A stretch of DNA of 64,000 nucleotides from Dehalococcoidia bacterium (GCA_965221925.1 OZ244924.1:713-64712), one strand, 5' to 3'; shown: positions 30,254-40,591, numbered from the stretch's first letter. Translations and numbers: made by a program. Notes: a model not told the origin generated them from the letters alone.

Positions 30254-31372
30254 ATGAAAGACAAGATGCGCTCAAGCACGAAACGAGTGAAGGAGGCCAG
30301 CAAGAAAGCAGCTGGCAAAACCTCTTCCGCGGTTGGCAAGGCAGCCTCCAATACCAAACAAGGAGTTTCAGACTCTGCGTCTGCTGCTGCGGGGATAGCG
30401 CAGGATGGTTCCAAGAAAGCATTCGACAAATCGGTGGAGGCTACAAGGCTGGTACGCTCTGGCTCTAAAAAAGTGTCAGACACTACAGCCTCGGTTGCCA
30501 ATGCTGTGCTGGAGACAAGTCAAGGTGTGCTAGCCAGCCATCTGTCACTGGATCTCAACAATGCACTTCAAGAGTTAGTCAAAGGAAGTTCCAGCATTTA
30601 TGACAAGGCAATGGATGCTGTGTACAACACGACCAACATAGGAGGGGGCAACCACCGACTCTTCGACGGGGGACACACCATCGGAGGAGCCTTTAACGCC
30701 GTTAGGGACGCATCACCGGATGACAACATAGCGCAGGAGGCTTGGGGATTCATCCAAGGGCTTCTAAGGGACGGTACCACGTCCAAAGGACTTCCCTTCG
30801 CAAACTGGGACAAGGCTACTTATGACCAGGTATCGGGCTGGCTGGACACAAACTTCCATATCCCCAAGAACTGGTTCTACGACCTGAATTCGTATGACGC
30901 CGCGGAATTGCTAGGTGGTGTAATTGGTGTCGTCAGCGTGGCGCTCAGTTGGAATCGCTCTAATACTGAGCAGTTTGCGAGGCTCGTTGGCAGCATGGGA
31001 TTAGCCTCTGTAATCAGCGCCAATCCGCTGCTAATGATTGTAACCGTCATTTCTCTTGCAAAGGCCTTTCACAAAGCCCACCAAGCTGGGGAGTATGCAG
31101 AATTTGTAGATGGACAGTTCAAAGGCGCCATTGGGACTGGAGGAACTCTAGCCGCAGTATCCCTCATTGGGGCAGCCGGTGGGCCTGCTGCCGTAGCGCT
31201 GCTAACAGGTCTCGCAACTGGCATCCTGATCAACAAGGCAACGAACCACGTAAGCGTGACACAGATCGGGCAGTTTTTGGCTCAGCAGGCATCCGTTGCC
31301 GCAGTTGAGTTGAAGAGCAACCTGAGCCGAACAGGATCAGAGTCCGCGGAATTAGACCCAGCTATCTCATAG
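30254..31372 (+). CDS. Hypothetical protein with hydrophobic C-terminal helices
   Basis: 372-aa ORF, lower GC, Lys/Ala/Ser-rich N-terminus, HRLFDGGH motif, Gly/Ala-rich helices. Confidence 0.7.
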   Translation: MKDKMRSSTKRVKEASKKAAGKTSSAVGKAASNTKQGVSDSASAAAGIAQDGSKKAFDKSVEATRLVRSGSKKVSDTTASVANAVLETSQGVLASHLSLDLNNALQELVKGSSSIYDKAMDAVYNTTNIGGGNHRLFDGGHTIGGAFNAVRDASPDDNIAQEAWGFIQGLLRDGTTSKGLPFANWDKATYDQVSGWLDTNFHIPKNWFYDLNSYDAAELLGGVIGVVSVALSWNRSNTEQFARLVGSMGLASVISANPLLMIVTVISLAKAFHKAHQAGEYAEFVDGQFKGAIGTGGTLAAVSLIGAAGGPAAVALLTGLATGILINKATNHVSVTQIGQFLAQQASVAAVELKSNLSRTGSESAELDPAIS

Positions 31373-31510
31373 CAGGGATACCCTTGTCATTACCATGAAA
31401 ATTAGATGCTTTGGGTTGGCGACCTCTTTCCCGTTCGTGGTGAGTGGGTTCGAACCAAATGAGCGGAGAAGCCGGCCTTACATGGCAAGCAGCCCAATCT
31501 CCTCCCGTCC

Positions 31511-32980
31511 CTAGTCCTTCCACTGGACCATGAACGCCGACCCCTCCGCCTCCTCTATGGCCCGCAGGCTGGACTGGGCCTTGTGCAACGTCTCTTGGTA
31601 CTCGCTCTCCGGGACGCTGTCGGCCACTACCCCACCGCCCGCCTGGATGTAGGCCACGCCGTCCTTGATAACCATCGTGCGGATGGTGATGGCGGTGTCC
31701 ATGTTGCCGGAGAAGCTGAAGTAGCCCACCGCGCCGCCGTAGGGGCCGCGTCTCTCTCCCTCCTGCTCGGAGATGATCTCCATTGCGCGGATCTTGGGCG
31801 CGCCGGAGAGGGTCCCGGCGGGGAGGCAGGAGCGGAGGGCGTCGTAGATGGTACGGTCCTCCCGCAACCTGCCCTGCACCTCCGATTCCAGGTGCATGAC
31901 GTGGGAGTAGCGCACCACCCGCATGAGGTCGGTGACCTCCACCGAGCCGGGCTGGGAGACCCGCCCAACGTCGTTGCGTCCCAGGTCCACCAGCATAATG
32001 TGCTCGGCGCGCTCCTTTTCGTCGGCCTTCAGCTCTACCGCCAGCGCCTCGTCCGCTTCCGTCGTGGCGCCGCGGGGCCGCGTGCCAGCCAGGGGGAAGT
32101 TGTAGACCAGCCCGTCTTCCACTCGCACCAGCAGCTCCGGCGATGCGCCGACTATGGAGAAGTCGTCCAGCGACAGGAAGTACATGTAGGGCGATGGGTT
32201 CAGCGCGCGCAGGGCCCGGTATATGTCCAGGGGCGGAGCGTTGGTTGGCCTTGCCAGCCGCTGGGAGGGCACAGCCTGGATGATGTCGCCGGCGTAGATG
32301 TACTCCTTCACCCGCTCCACCATCGCCTCGTATTTCTCCTTGGTGGTGTTGGAGGAGTAGGCGGGCTTGTCCGATGCCGGCTCCCTGACGGCCCTGCGCT
32401 CCACCAGAAGGGGCCTGTTCAGCCTCTCCGCCAGGCGGTCGATCCGGCCCACCGCGTCCATGTACGCCTGCTCCACGCTGCCGCCGTCCAGCCGGATGTG
32501 GCTGACCACCTTGATCTTGTGGCTCACGTGGTCGAACACCAGCATGGTGTCCACGAAGAGAAACATAGCCTCAGGAAGTCCCAGTGGGTCGCTTTCGGGT
32601 GGCGGCGCCGGCTCGAAGTAGCGGACGACGTCGTAGGCGATGAAGCCAACCGCGCCGCCGTGGAAGCGGGGCAGCCCCCGTATCGATACAAGGGTGTGCC
32701 TGTCCAACTCCTCCTGCACCAGCAGTAACGGGTCCACTTCCCCGTAGGGCTGGCCCGGCCCGGTCTTGACCACTCTGTACGGCTCAGTGCCGATGAAGCT
32801 GTAGCGTGCAAGCTGCTCTCCGCCCTCCACGCTCTCCAGGAGGAAGGAGTATGGGCCTTCGGCGACCTTCAGATAGGCCGAGACTGGGGTCTCCAGGTCC
32901 GCGTTGATCTCCTGGTACAGGGGAATCAGGTTCCCCTGCTTCGACAGCTCCCTGACATCTTCCAATGATGGATAGTACAT
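31511..32980 (-). CDS. trpE: Anthranilate synthase component I
   Basis: DLETPVSAY, FLLESVEGG, NPSPYMY, EHIMLVDLGRND, PAGTLSGAPKIRA. Confidence 0.96.
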   Translation of the reverse strand: MYYPSLEDVRELSKQGNLIPLYQEINADLETPVSAYLKVAEGPYSFLLESVEGGEQLARYSFIGTEPYRVVKTGPGQPYGEVDPLLLVQEELDRHTLVSIRGLPRFHGGAVGFIAYDVVRYFEPAPPPESDPLGLPEAMFLFVDTMLVFDHVSHKIKVVSHIRLDGGSVEQAYMDAVGRIDRLAERLNRPLLVERRAVREPASDKPAYSSNTTKEKYEAMVERVKEYIYAGDIIQAVPSQRLARPTNAPPLDIYRALRALNPSPYMYFLSLDDFSIVGASPELLVRVEDGLVYNFPLAGTRPRGATTEADEALAVELKADEKERAEHIMLVDLGRNDVGRVSQPGSVEVTDLMRVVRYSHVMHLESEVQGRLREDRTIYDALRSCLPAGTLSGAPKIRAMEIISEQEGERRGPYGGAVGYFSFSGNMDTAITIRTMVIKDGVAYIQAGGGVVADSVPESEYQETLHKAQSSLRAIEEAEGSAFMVQWKD

Positions 32981-33019
32981 TTTTGGCTATCCCTTCCGAC
33001 TGGGAAGTCGCGTGTATTC

Positions 33020-34075
33020 TTATCTGCTGGGCAAAATCAGCCCCATGCTCTGCTTTACCGCGTCCAACTTGGGACCTGCCACAGCCTGCGCCCGCTCGGC
33101 GCCGAGCTCGAGCAGCCTGTCGAGCGCCCCCACGTCCTGCATGAGCGCCTCGTATCGCTCACGGATGGGCGTTATCGCGGCGATGACGACTTCCGCGACA
33201 CGGCTCTTCAGGTCGCCGTAGCCACGCGCCGACGCGAATTCGGCCTCCACCGCCACCTCGTCCATGCCGGTTATCACCTTGTAGATGCCCAGCAGGTTGT
33301 TGACGCCGGCCCTTTCCGGCTCGTCGGAGAAGCGGATCTCGTTGCCAGTGTCGGTGACGGCGCGCTTGATGGCGCGCTCGATCTCCTTGGGGTCGTCCAG
33401 TATGCGTACTGCGTGGCCCCGGATGTGCGCATAGCTCTTTGACATCTTCACCGTGGGGTCATTGAGACCCATGACACGCCCGCCGATTTCGGGAATGACT
33501 CCCTCGGGTACGACAAACGTATCGCCGTAGATGCGGTTGAAACGCTGGGCGATGTCACGCGCAACCTCAACGTGTTGCCGCTGGTCCTCACCGACGGGCA
33601 CTTCATGGGCGTCGTAGAGCAGGATGTCGCCCGCCATGAGGACGGGGTAGTCGAGGAGCCCGGTGGATACGCTCTCTTGGTTCTCTGCCTTTGCCTTGAA
33701 CTGCGTCATTCGCTCCAGCCAGCCGATGGGCGTGACGCAGTTGAGCAGCCAGCAGGCTTCAGCGTGCGCCGTCACATGGCTCTGCACAAAAACGGTGCAC
33801 TTGTCCGGGTCAAGCCCCGCGGCGAACAGCATCGCGGCCAGCGAACGCGTCTGGCGCCGCAGCTCCGCCGGGTCTTGGGGTACGGTCAGAGCGTGCAGGT
33901 CGACGATGCAGAAGTAGTTCTCCTTCTCCTCCTGCCTGTCTACCCATCCCTTGATGGCGCCGATGTAGTTGCCAAGCTGCACGTCGCCGCTTGGCTGTAT
34001 GCCGCTGAACACCGTCCGCTTGCCCTCGGCGCGGCTTCGGCCCGTTATCTCCCGTATGCTCTCCTGCGTAGTCAT
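33020..34075 (-). CDS. trpS: Tryptophanyl-tRNA synthetase
   Basis: FSGIQPSG..LGNYIG, VDLHALT, YPVLMAGDIL, PVGEDQ.QH, KMSKS. Confidence 0.97.
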   Translation of the reverse strand: MTTQESIREITGRSRAEGKRTVFSGIQPSGDVQLGNYIGAIKGWVDRQEEKENYFCIVDLHALTVPQDPAELRRQTRSLAAMLFAAGLDPDKCTVFVQSHVTAHAEACWLLNCVTPIGWLERMTQFKAKAENQESVSTGLLDYPVLMAGDILLYDAHEVPVGEDQRQHVEVARDIAQRFNRIYGDTFVVPEGVIPEIGGRVMGLNDPTVKMSKSYAHIRGHAVRILDDPKEIERAIKRAVTDTGNEIRFSDEPERAGVNNLLGIYKVITGMDEVAVEAEFASARGYGDLKSRVAEVVIAAITPIRERYEALMQDVGALDRLLELGAERAQAVAGPKLDAVKQSMGLILPSR

Positions 34076-34119
34076 CTCCGGCCCTCGCTCCTCTCTTGAC
34101 CCTGGCTTACGAAACCCAA

Positions 34120-34410
34120 CAAAAAAACCCCGCTCCCATCAAGGGGCGGGGTTTCTCCGCGGTGCCACCCTTATTTGGAGAGGCAATATAGACGCATCGC
34201 CCCTCTCCGGTATCTCAGTCGAGCCTCTTTCGGTAAGCTCGTGAGCCTGTAACGGGACTCTCCCGGCAAGGCCTACGACCCCTGTTGCCAAGGGCTTTCG
34301 GTTTGCGGCTCCCGGGCCCATTCAACCCCTGCGCTGGACACCGGCTCACACCTTACCCGGCTCTCTGAGTCCCGCTTGAGGCCTACTATCCCCGTTCGCA
34401 GCCTTTAGCT
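34120..34410 (-). ncRNA. Trp-specific T-box riboswitch
   Basis: Minus strand: AGUA, AGAGA and GUGUGA elements, specifier GAA-UGG (codon at 34318-34320), T-box AAGGGUGGCACCGCG, terminator CCCCGC...GCGGGG-U7. Confidence 0.93.
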
Positions 34411-34424
34411 ATGCAATTGGCGCG

Positions 34425-34453
34425 AGTATAAGAGCAGACTCGCGGGTTGTCAA
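34425..34453 (-). promoter_or_regulatory. Sigma70 promoter for the T-box/trpS transcript
   Basis: TTGACA-17 bp-TATACT on the minus strand. Confidence 0.75.
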
Positions 34454-34685
34454 GAAAACGCCCCCCTGCTCAGGCTGTATGGTCGGGCTTGTCATGTTCC
34501 GTCGGCCTATCCGCTCCAATGGTCCGACAGGCTCCGAGTGGGTCGAATGGCGTGAGCGTGCGCAGCTTGCGTATGTGATGCTGAGTGACATGACTTGCGG
34601 TAGCCAAGGCAAGCCGGCGCGCTAAACCGTGCAGGAGCTTGACCCAACAGCTGTCGGAGGGTGACGGTTAGCCGCCGAAACGCCT

Positions 34686-37604
34686 CTACAAACGCCGGTT
34701 GGAGACTACGGGCTCTGAGGCCAATAGATCACGGAGTTTGCTCAGATCCGGTAGGCCCAAGATGCGGGAAATTCCGTCGTCTAGGAATTTACGGGCCGGA
34801 CAATGCGCCATACCGGGCAGTCGCTCGAACTCCGCCTCCGCCAGATTGTCGAACAGGTCCGACAAGCCCTCAAGTTGCTCCGAGGAGAGCCTTCGTGTGT
34901 CCATGACCGGCAACTCCTCCAGGTCGGCCTTCTTCATGGCGACCCAACTACCCTCAGTGCTGGTTCTATGAGCGAGAATGGTCAGGATACCGAGACTGGA
35001 ATTCAACCAAAGTGTGATGGCCTTTTCGGCTTGTGGGTCTTCAGCCCGGACGGGCCACCATACATTGGAGAGAACCCTCTCTGCCGACCACATTGAGAAA
35101 ACCCTGGCAGTATCAAGTCTCAGCCGTTCTGCCACCAGGAGGCGTCCGGATTTCTGCCATAGGTGGTCGCCGTAACCGGATCTCTGTCCACCTCTGGGTC
35201 GTGTCAACGGCGACAGATAGGCATTGGGCGAGCAAGTAAGTGACTTGCGTTGGTCGGTGTCATGCCCCTCAACAAGGGGATATGCAGTGACTGAACTGGT
35301 TCTGTCAAACCCATCAACCAATCGACGTCTGTCTGGCCCAATTTGGCCGAGTTCACCAAACTGACACATTGAGATATTCGCGGTAGTTGCCTCGCCCGGA
35401 ACCCAAACTTCGCCGTTGTCCAGTAGCCTCAGAGCGCTTCGCACCAGGTCGGCGCGGGCGAACTGCACGCCGGACCACTTCCTGCCAATGAGCTTCGACT
35501 CAGGAATTGAAAACGCCTCTCCTACGTGTCTGCCGTCAACCTCCAGCAGAGCCGTACCTGTCTCCTCAAGCCTCGCCGGCGTCGTGGCGGTGATCGCCCG
35601 CGCAACCCGATGGGCGTCCCGAACGCCATTCGGGTTATCCCAGAGGTTGATGAAGGTGGTGTACCGCTCAGCCTGATACTGGCCCTCAGGGCGCCGTGTC
35701 GCTATGAGCAGAGCCTCCGACAGGTCGGTACTGTCCGAGAAGTTCCAGCGCAGCGGGTCGTGGGAGGTGATGACCATGTCCAGAACAAAATCGCGCTCTA
35801 TCAGGGAGCGGGTCTGTTCCCAGGATGGCCCGGTGCACATAGTGACAGGCAGTACGAGGGCAAGCCTTCCCTCGTTGGGCCTCAGCTTGGGCGTCGCAGC
35901 AGCTACAAACGCCGCGCCCAGCCCCGCGGTTGCCGTTGCCTGTCTGGACCTCAGCCGACGAGACAGCTCGTCCTGAAGCCTCCGGCGTTCCGCTGGCGGG
36001 AGGCTGCCGAAAAGCAGATTGCCACCCACCGAGCGAGTGAACGGGGGATTCATGATCGCCAGGTCCAGCTCCGGCAGCCTGGCAGTCACGCCTTCCTCCA
36101 CACCACGAGAGCCGGAACCAGAAATCCTTTCAGGGTCTCTGGTTCCCACGCCCATCTCCTCCGCCGAAAGAGCGAACTGCACCGCGGCCTCATCCTGTCC
36201 CAGGAAGTCCAGAGACCCCAAGTTCACGTTGGACCCCTCCGCTCCCAGGGGCATGACGTACAGGTTCATGCGGTCGAACTGTATGTCCGGGTTGAGCATG
36301 GCAAGGCTGGTTGCGGCGAAGTGCACGGCGGAGAGTTGGACGTCGTATCCGTGAAGCGCCTGCTCCACCATCGCTTTGTGCAGCTCCGGGGCATTGCGGC
36401 CTCCGGCGTCGATATGGCGGCGCTCCGCCTCGGCTGCCACCGCCATCAGAAGCGTCCCCGTGCCGCAGGCAAGGTCGGCAACGTTCAGGGAGGCCGGGAA
36501 CTCGTGGTCACTCCAGTCCACGCTTGGAGGCCAGTTGTGGAACACAAGTCGGGACAGCAGGGTGGCCGCGGGCACGGAGGTGTAGTAGGCGCCCGTGAAC
36601 TTGGCGTCCGTCAGCAGCGTGTGGAACAGACGACCGGACAGGTCGTGCCCCTCCAGCCTGCGGGTGTCCTCCATAGCCTTGACCAGGGGAGTGAGCGCCT
36701 GTGACTGGAGGTCCTCAGGCCCATCGCCAAGCACGTCTAAGATGTTGGCCGCTAAGTCGAACACGGGCACGTAGTCGATGTGGGCACAGATATAGCGCCA
36801 GGTGTCGCGGAGGCCGGCGCTACCCTGTTCCAAGGCCTCGTTGACCGTAGGAACATCCTCATTAGCGGCGGCGAGGCGGTCCTGGAAGGCTAGAGCGTTG
36901 AACAGCACAAGGCATCCAATCCGCAGAGCAGCGGCGCGATCTCTCTCCTGGTCAGTGTTAGCAATAATGTCGGCAACGCGGCGGGATATGCGAGCGTGGC
37001 TTGTGACCCGCTTGGCGGCCTGCTCCAGGGCGTACCCCACAGCTATAGCAGCGGCCGTCACCCTGTCCACGCCCTCAAGCTCCAACGGCAAGGTGCGCAA
37101 CTGGTCGGCAAAATCCGCAGCCGACCCGCTCCTCATGCGAGGCTCCGGCATCTTCGCGCCGAGGGAACCGTGCAGCCACCACCGGAGGTCCGCGGCAGCC
37201 TCAAGCTCTGCCAGGGTGTTCTCTGCGTGTCGAAGCCTATCTGGGTAGAATACCCCTAACATTCCAAGGGCCTCCGGGAAAGCTGCCCGGCGCTCTTCAA
37301 GCTGGCTCTCCAGGAGCGCGCCCTGTCCCTCCCACTTGCACTCCAGGAGGACCAAGGCGCCGCCTCGCAGATTGACGCGGACATCCGGTATCCCTCTCCT
37401 GCTGCGACGCTCTGCCCTGGCAGACAGGCCGTGGTCGCGTAGCAACTGGGCCAGGAGGACGTTAACGCCCTCCTCACGGATGGTCTCAGGATCGTTCTGC
37501 CTGGGTGGTCTCGGTTGTGCGTTAGTCAAGATCGCTCGATTCTCAACGCGACGTACTGTAAAGTTGCTCTGCACTCTGAGTAGACTCTCTCCCTGTCCTG
37601 CCAC
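34686..37604 (-). CDS. Fused type IIG/IIL restriction-modification enzyme (N6-adenine MTase)
   Basis: N-terminal PD...ECK nuclease motif, GAYYT, DLACGTG (motif I), NPPF (motif IV), long C-terminal recognition region; start may be 37529. Confidence 0.85.
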   Translation of the reverse strand: MAGQGESLLRVQSNFTVRRVENRAILTNAQPRPPRQNDPETIREEGVNVLLAQLLRDHGLSARAERRSRRGIPDVRVNLRGGALVLLECKWEGQGALLESQLEERRAAFPEALGMLGVFYPDRLRHAENTLAELEAAADLRWWLHGSLGAKMPEPRMRSGSAADFADQLRTLPLELEGVDRVTAAAIAVGYALEQAAKRVTSHARISRRVADIIANTDQERDRAAALRIGCLVLFNALAFQDRLAAANEDVPTVNEALEQGSAGLRDTWRYICAHIDYVPVFDLAANILDVLGDGPEDLQSQALTPLVKAMEDTRRLEGHDLSGRLFHTLLTDAKFTGAYYTSVPAATLLSRLVFHNWPPSVDWSDHEFPASLNVADLACGTGTLLMAVAAEAERRHIDAGGRNAPELHKAMVEQALHGYDVQLSAVHFAATSLAMLNPDIQFDRMNLYVMPLGAEGSNVNLGSLDFLGQDEAAVQFALSAEEMGVGTRDPERISGSGSRGVEEGVTARLPELDLAIMNPPFTRSVGGNLLFGSLPPAERRRLQDELSRRLRSRQATATAGLGAAFVAAATPKLRPNEGRLALVLPVTMCTGPSWEQTRSLIERDFVLDMVITSHDPLRWNFSDSTDLSEALLIATRRPEGQYQAERYTTFINLWDNPNGVRDAHRVARAITATTPARLEETGTALLEVDGRHVGEAFSIPESKLIGRKWSGVQFARADLVRSALRLLDNGEVWVPGEATTANISMCQFGELGQIGPDRRRLVDGFDRTSSVTAYPLVEGHDTDQRKSLTCSPNAYLSPLTRPRGGQRSGYGDHLWQKSGRLLVAERLRLDTARVFSMWSAERVLSNVWWPVRAEDPQAEKAITLWLNSSLGILTILAHRTSTEGSWVAMKKADLEELPVMDTRRLSSEQLEGLSDLFDNLAEAEFERLPGMAHCPARKFLDDGISRILGLPDLSKLRDLLASEPVVSNRRL

Positions 37605-37619
37605 ATTTGTGCGCCTAGT

Positions 37620-37952
37620 CTAACACTTCTCCCAAACAGCCAAAAGACCGTGACCTAAGCCTCCATCACCTTCTCCTGAATCCCCGGATACGTGGTGGTA
37701 GACGGCCTTCTGCCTCTGTTTCCGTGAGCCACTCCAGCAACTCCCTCCTTTCGATATGCTCTCAGTAGTCGCCATGCATGGCGCTCGCTCACACCCAGCA
37801 GCCTGGCCACCTCTGCCACCGACACCTTCCCTTCCAGTACTCCGTTCAACACCGCTATCCTCGATTGCTCTCTCATGGTCAACGTCAGTCCTTTCATAGA
37901 CTGACAGTTTCATTGAACAATTAACTACTGACATAATCATTGAACAATGACA
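37620..37952 (-). mobile_element. Left-end remnant of an IS1202-like/ISNCY element with truncated transposase (37655..37897)
   Basis: HTH LTMREQSR...LGVSERHAWRL..YRKEG...HGNRGRRP; terminus TGTCATTGTTCAATGA with repeated CTGACAnnnTCATTGAACAA sites at 37901 and 37928. Confidence 0.75.
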
Positions 37953-38048
37953 GAAGCACTTCGAACCCTTGTCACCATAAGCAATTAGTGATACACTTCT
38001 CAAAGTTTTTGCAACGGCAGGGAGGAGGCTTCAGTGGAGAACTCAGCT

Positions 38049-38246
38049 ATGCCCAAGTGTCAGAAATGCAACACGGGGGACCTGGTGCCGCTGTCTGACT
38101 TCGGGAGTCAGGGAGCGCCCATCCATTACAAGGCTTGGGTTTGCACCAACCCCGATTGCGGCTTCAACATAAAGATTCGCAACGGGGACGTCTACCTCAA
38201 CGAGCCTATAACCAGCGGCGCTATGCACGCTCCCAGGGCGCGATAG
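38049..38246 (+). CDS. Small zinc-ribbon protein
   Basis: CQKC and CTNPDC pairs; GGAGGAGG and GGAG RBS candidates; start 38034 or 38049. Confidence 0.7.
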   Translation: MPKCQKCNTGDLVPLSDFGSQGAPIHYKAWVCTNPDCGFNIKIRNGDVYLNEPITSGAMHAPRAR

Positions 38247-38340
38247 CAGCGCTTTACGTCCTCACGACACGGCTGTTTCGGCATACGCGGCGGCGATTGG
38301 TCGCCGCCCGGCTTGGACTCAACTCGTTTGGCGTAAGCTA

Positions 38341-38389
38341 TTGACGCCCTTGGCTGCCTCGCCTAGACTTTAGACTGACCAGTCGGTCT
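38341..38389 (+). promoter_or_regulatory. Promoter and probable TetR operator
   Basis: TTGACG-17 bp-TAGACT followed by imperfect palindrome AGACTGACCAGTCGGTCT (38372-38389). Confidence 0.65.
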
Positions 38390-38408
38390 GGAGAAAAGCG
38401 AGGAAACC

Positions 38409-39035
38409 ATGGAGGTCAGGGAGCCCCAGACCCAACCCGCCCCTGAGGGCAAGGAAGCCACTCGACAGCGCATTCTGGATGCGGCCACTGAGGTTTTCTC
38501 CGAGAAGGGCTATCATGGCTCGGCCGTAGACGACATCGTGAAGGCGTCCAGTACCTCCAAGGGCTCCTTCTACTTCCACTTTCCCAGCAAGCAGGATATA
38601 TTCTTCGCCCTGGTTGACCGCCTTATCGCCGCGCTGGCCCGCTCCACTGAGGAGGCCATCGCCCGCGAGAAGGGCGCGCTTGCCAAGGTGACGGCCGCCC
38701 TGGACACCGTGTTCCACACCTTCTCGCGGCATAGCAGCCTTGCCAAGATACTTCTGGTGAGCGGCGTGGGCCTGGGCAGGGCCTTTGACGAACGTCTTCT
38801 GTCGATTCACGCCCGCTTCGCCGGTGCTATCAAGGCACACCTGGACGAGGCTGTGGCCGAAGGCTCCATACCGCCCGTGGACACCGAGCTGACCGCCTAC
38901 GTCTGGATGGGCGCGGTGAACGAGGTGATTGTGCGGTGGCTTTACACCGGCAAGCCGGAGCCGCTGGAAGGGGCCCTGGACAGCCTGCGGGAGCTTCTCC
39001 TGCGGAGCATTTGCGCTAACAATTATAGGCAGTAG
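38409..39035 (+). CDS. TetR/AcrR family transcriptional regulator
   Basis: TRQRILDAA..F.EKGY...VDDI....SKGSFYFHFPSK. Confidence 0.93.
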   Translation: MEVREPQTQPAPEGKEATRQRILDAATEVFSEKGYHGSAVDDIVKASSTSKGSFYFHFPSKQDIFFALVDRLIAALARSTEEAIAREKGALAKVTAALDTVFHTFSRHSSLAKILLVSGVGLGRAFDERLLSIHARFAGAIKAHLDEAVAEGSIPPVDTELTAYVWMGAVNEVIVRWLYTGKPEPLEGALDSLRELLLRSICANNYRQ

Positions 39036-39044
39036 GTAATAGTC

Positions 39045-40502
39045 GTGAAATTCAAAGACCTGCGAGAGTTCATTGCGTTCCTGGAAGAGAAGGGGGAGCT
39101 TGTTCGGGTGAAGACGCCCGTAAGCTGCGATCTGGAGATCACGGAGATCAACGACCGCGTGGTCAAGAGCGGCGGCCCGGCCCTCCTGTTTGAGAACGTG
39201 GAGGGGTACAACATCCCAGTTCTCACAAACACCTACGGCTCGGCCCGGCGTATCGCCTGGGCCCTGGGCGTGGAGAGCCTTGACGACCTGGTTGCCAGGG
39301 TGGGAAAGCTCCTTGGCCTGGCCCAAGGGCCGCCACGGGGCCTTTTGAACAAGGCTCGCACGCTTATGGACCTGGTAAAGATGGCGGGGACACAGCCCAA
39401 GCAGGTCCGCAACGCCCCCTGCCAGGAGGTGGTTCTCACCGGCCAGGACGCAGACTTGAACAGCCTTCCCGTCCTCAAGTGCTGGCCCATGGACGCCGGC
39501 CGCTTCATCACCCTGCCTCTGGTTATCTCCAGAGACCCGGAGACCGGCGCCCGCAACGTTGGCACCTACCGGATGCAGGTCTACGACGGCCAGACCGCCG
39601 GGATGCACTGGCAGACCCACAAGGTGGGCACCCAGCACGAGCGGACGGCCCTGGGCATGGGCAAGGACAGGCTGGAGGTGGCCGTGGCCCTGGGCGGCGA
39701 CCCCACCACTCTTTGGACCGGCTCTGCGCCGCTGCCGCCGGGCGTAGACGAGCTGGCGATGTCCGGCTTCATTCGTGAGGAGGGCGTGGAGGTGGTCAAG
39801 TGCGCCACGCTTGACCTGGAGGTCCCCGCCCACTCGGAGATTGTGCTGGAGGGGTATGTTGTACCCGGTGAGCTTCGCACGGAAGGCCCCTTCGGCGACC
39901 ACACGGGCTACTACTCGATGGCGGACTCTTACCCCGTGTTCCACCTGACGGCAATAACCCGTCGCCGGAATCCCATTTACGCCACCACACTGGTGGGCCG
40001 CCCCGTTCAGGAGGACTACTACATGGGCAAGGCTACGGAGCGCCTGTTCATGCCCATTATCCAAATGGTGCTTCCTGAGATTGTGGATATGAATATGCCG
40101 GCGGAGGGCGTTTTTCACAACCTGGTCATCGTCTCCATCAAGAAGGAGTACCCCGGCCAGGCCCAGAAGGTGATGTACGCCCTGTGGGGCCTGGGCCTGA
40201 TGATGCTGGCAAAGGCCATTGTGGTGGTGGACAACTACGTCAACGTGCAGGATGTATCGGAGGTGGCCTGGCGGGTGACCAACAACCTGGACGCCTCCCG
40301 CGACATTATCTTTGCGTCCGGCCCGGTGGACGACCTGGACCACGCATCGCCAACACCCAAGTTCGGCAGCAAGGTGGGGATAGACGCCACGGCCAAAGGC
40401 CCGATGGAAGGGCGGCAGCGGGAGTGGCCCCCGGACATCGTCATGTCAGACGAGATCAAGGCCCTGGTGGACGGCAAATGGGCGGAGTACGGGATACAGT
40501 AA
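39045..40502 (+). CDS. ubiD: UbiD-family menaquinone biosynthesis decarboxylase (MqnL-like)
   Basis: DLREFI..LE, GPALLFENV, NVGTYRMQ, EGPFGDHTGYY, KVGIDAT.K. Confidence 0.92.
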   Translation: MKFKDLREFIAFLEEKGELVRVKTPVSCDLEITEINDRVVKSGGPALLFENVEGYNIPVLTNTYGSARRIAWALGVESLDDLVARVGKLLGLAQGPPRGLLNKARTLMDLVKMAGTQPKQVRNAPCQEVVLTGQDADLNSLPVLKCWPMDAGRFITLPLVISRDPETGARNVGTYRMQVYDGQTAGMHWQTHKVGTQHERTALGMGKDRLEVAVALGGDPTTLWTGSAPLPPGVDELAMSGFIREEGVEVVKCATLDLEVPAHSEIVLEGYVVPGELRTEGPFGDHTGYYSMADSYPVFHLTAITRRRNPIYATTLVGRPVQEDYYMGKATERLFMPIIQMVLPEIVDMNMPAEGVFHNLVIVSIKKEYPGQAQKVMYALWGLGLMMLAKAIVVVDNYVNVQDVSEVAWRVTNNLDASRDIIFASGPVDDLDHASPTPKFGSKVGIDATAKGPMEGRQREWPPDIVMSDEIKALVDGKWAEYGIQ

Positions 40503-40591
40503 CCATTCCTGTGGCGTTTGCCCTACACTTGACACGGGAGCAGGAATCCAAGCAACCAAGAATAACACCGCCTTAACCATTCCTGCGAAAG

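Noticed and set aside
37969-37996. dif/xrs-like site next to the IS1202-like end
   Set aside because: Only weak dyad symmetry (TCAC...GTGA), no XerD arm TTATGTTAAA; better read as the TTGTCA/TACACT promoter of the zinc-ribbon gene
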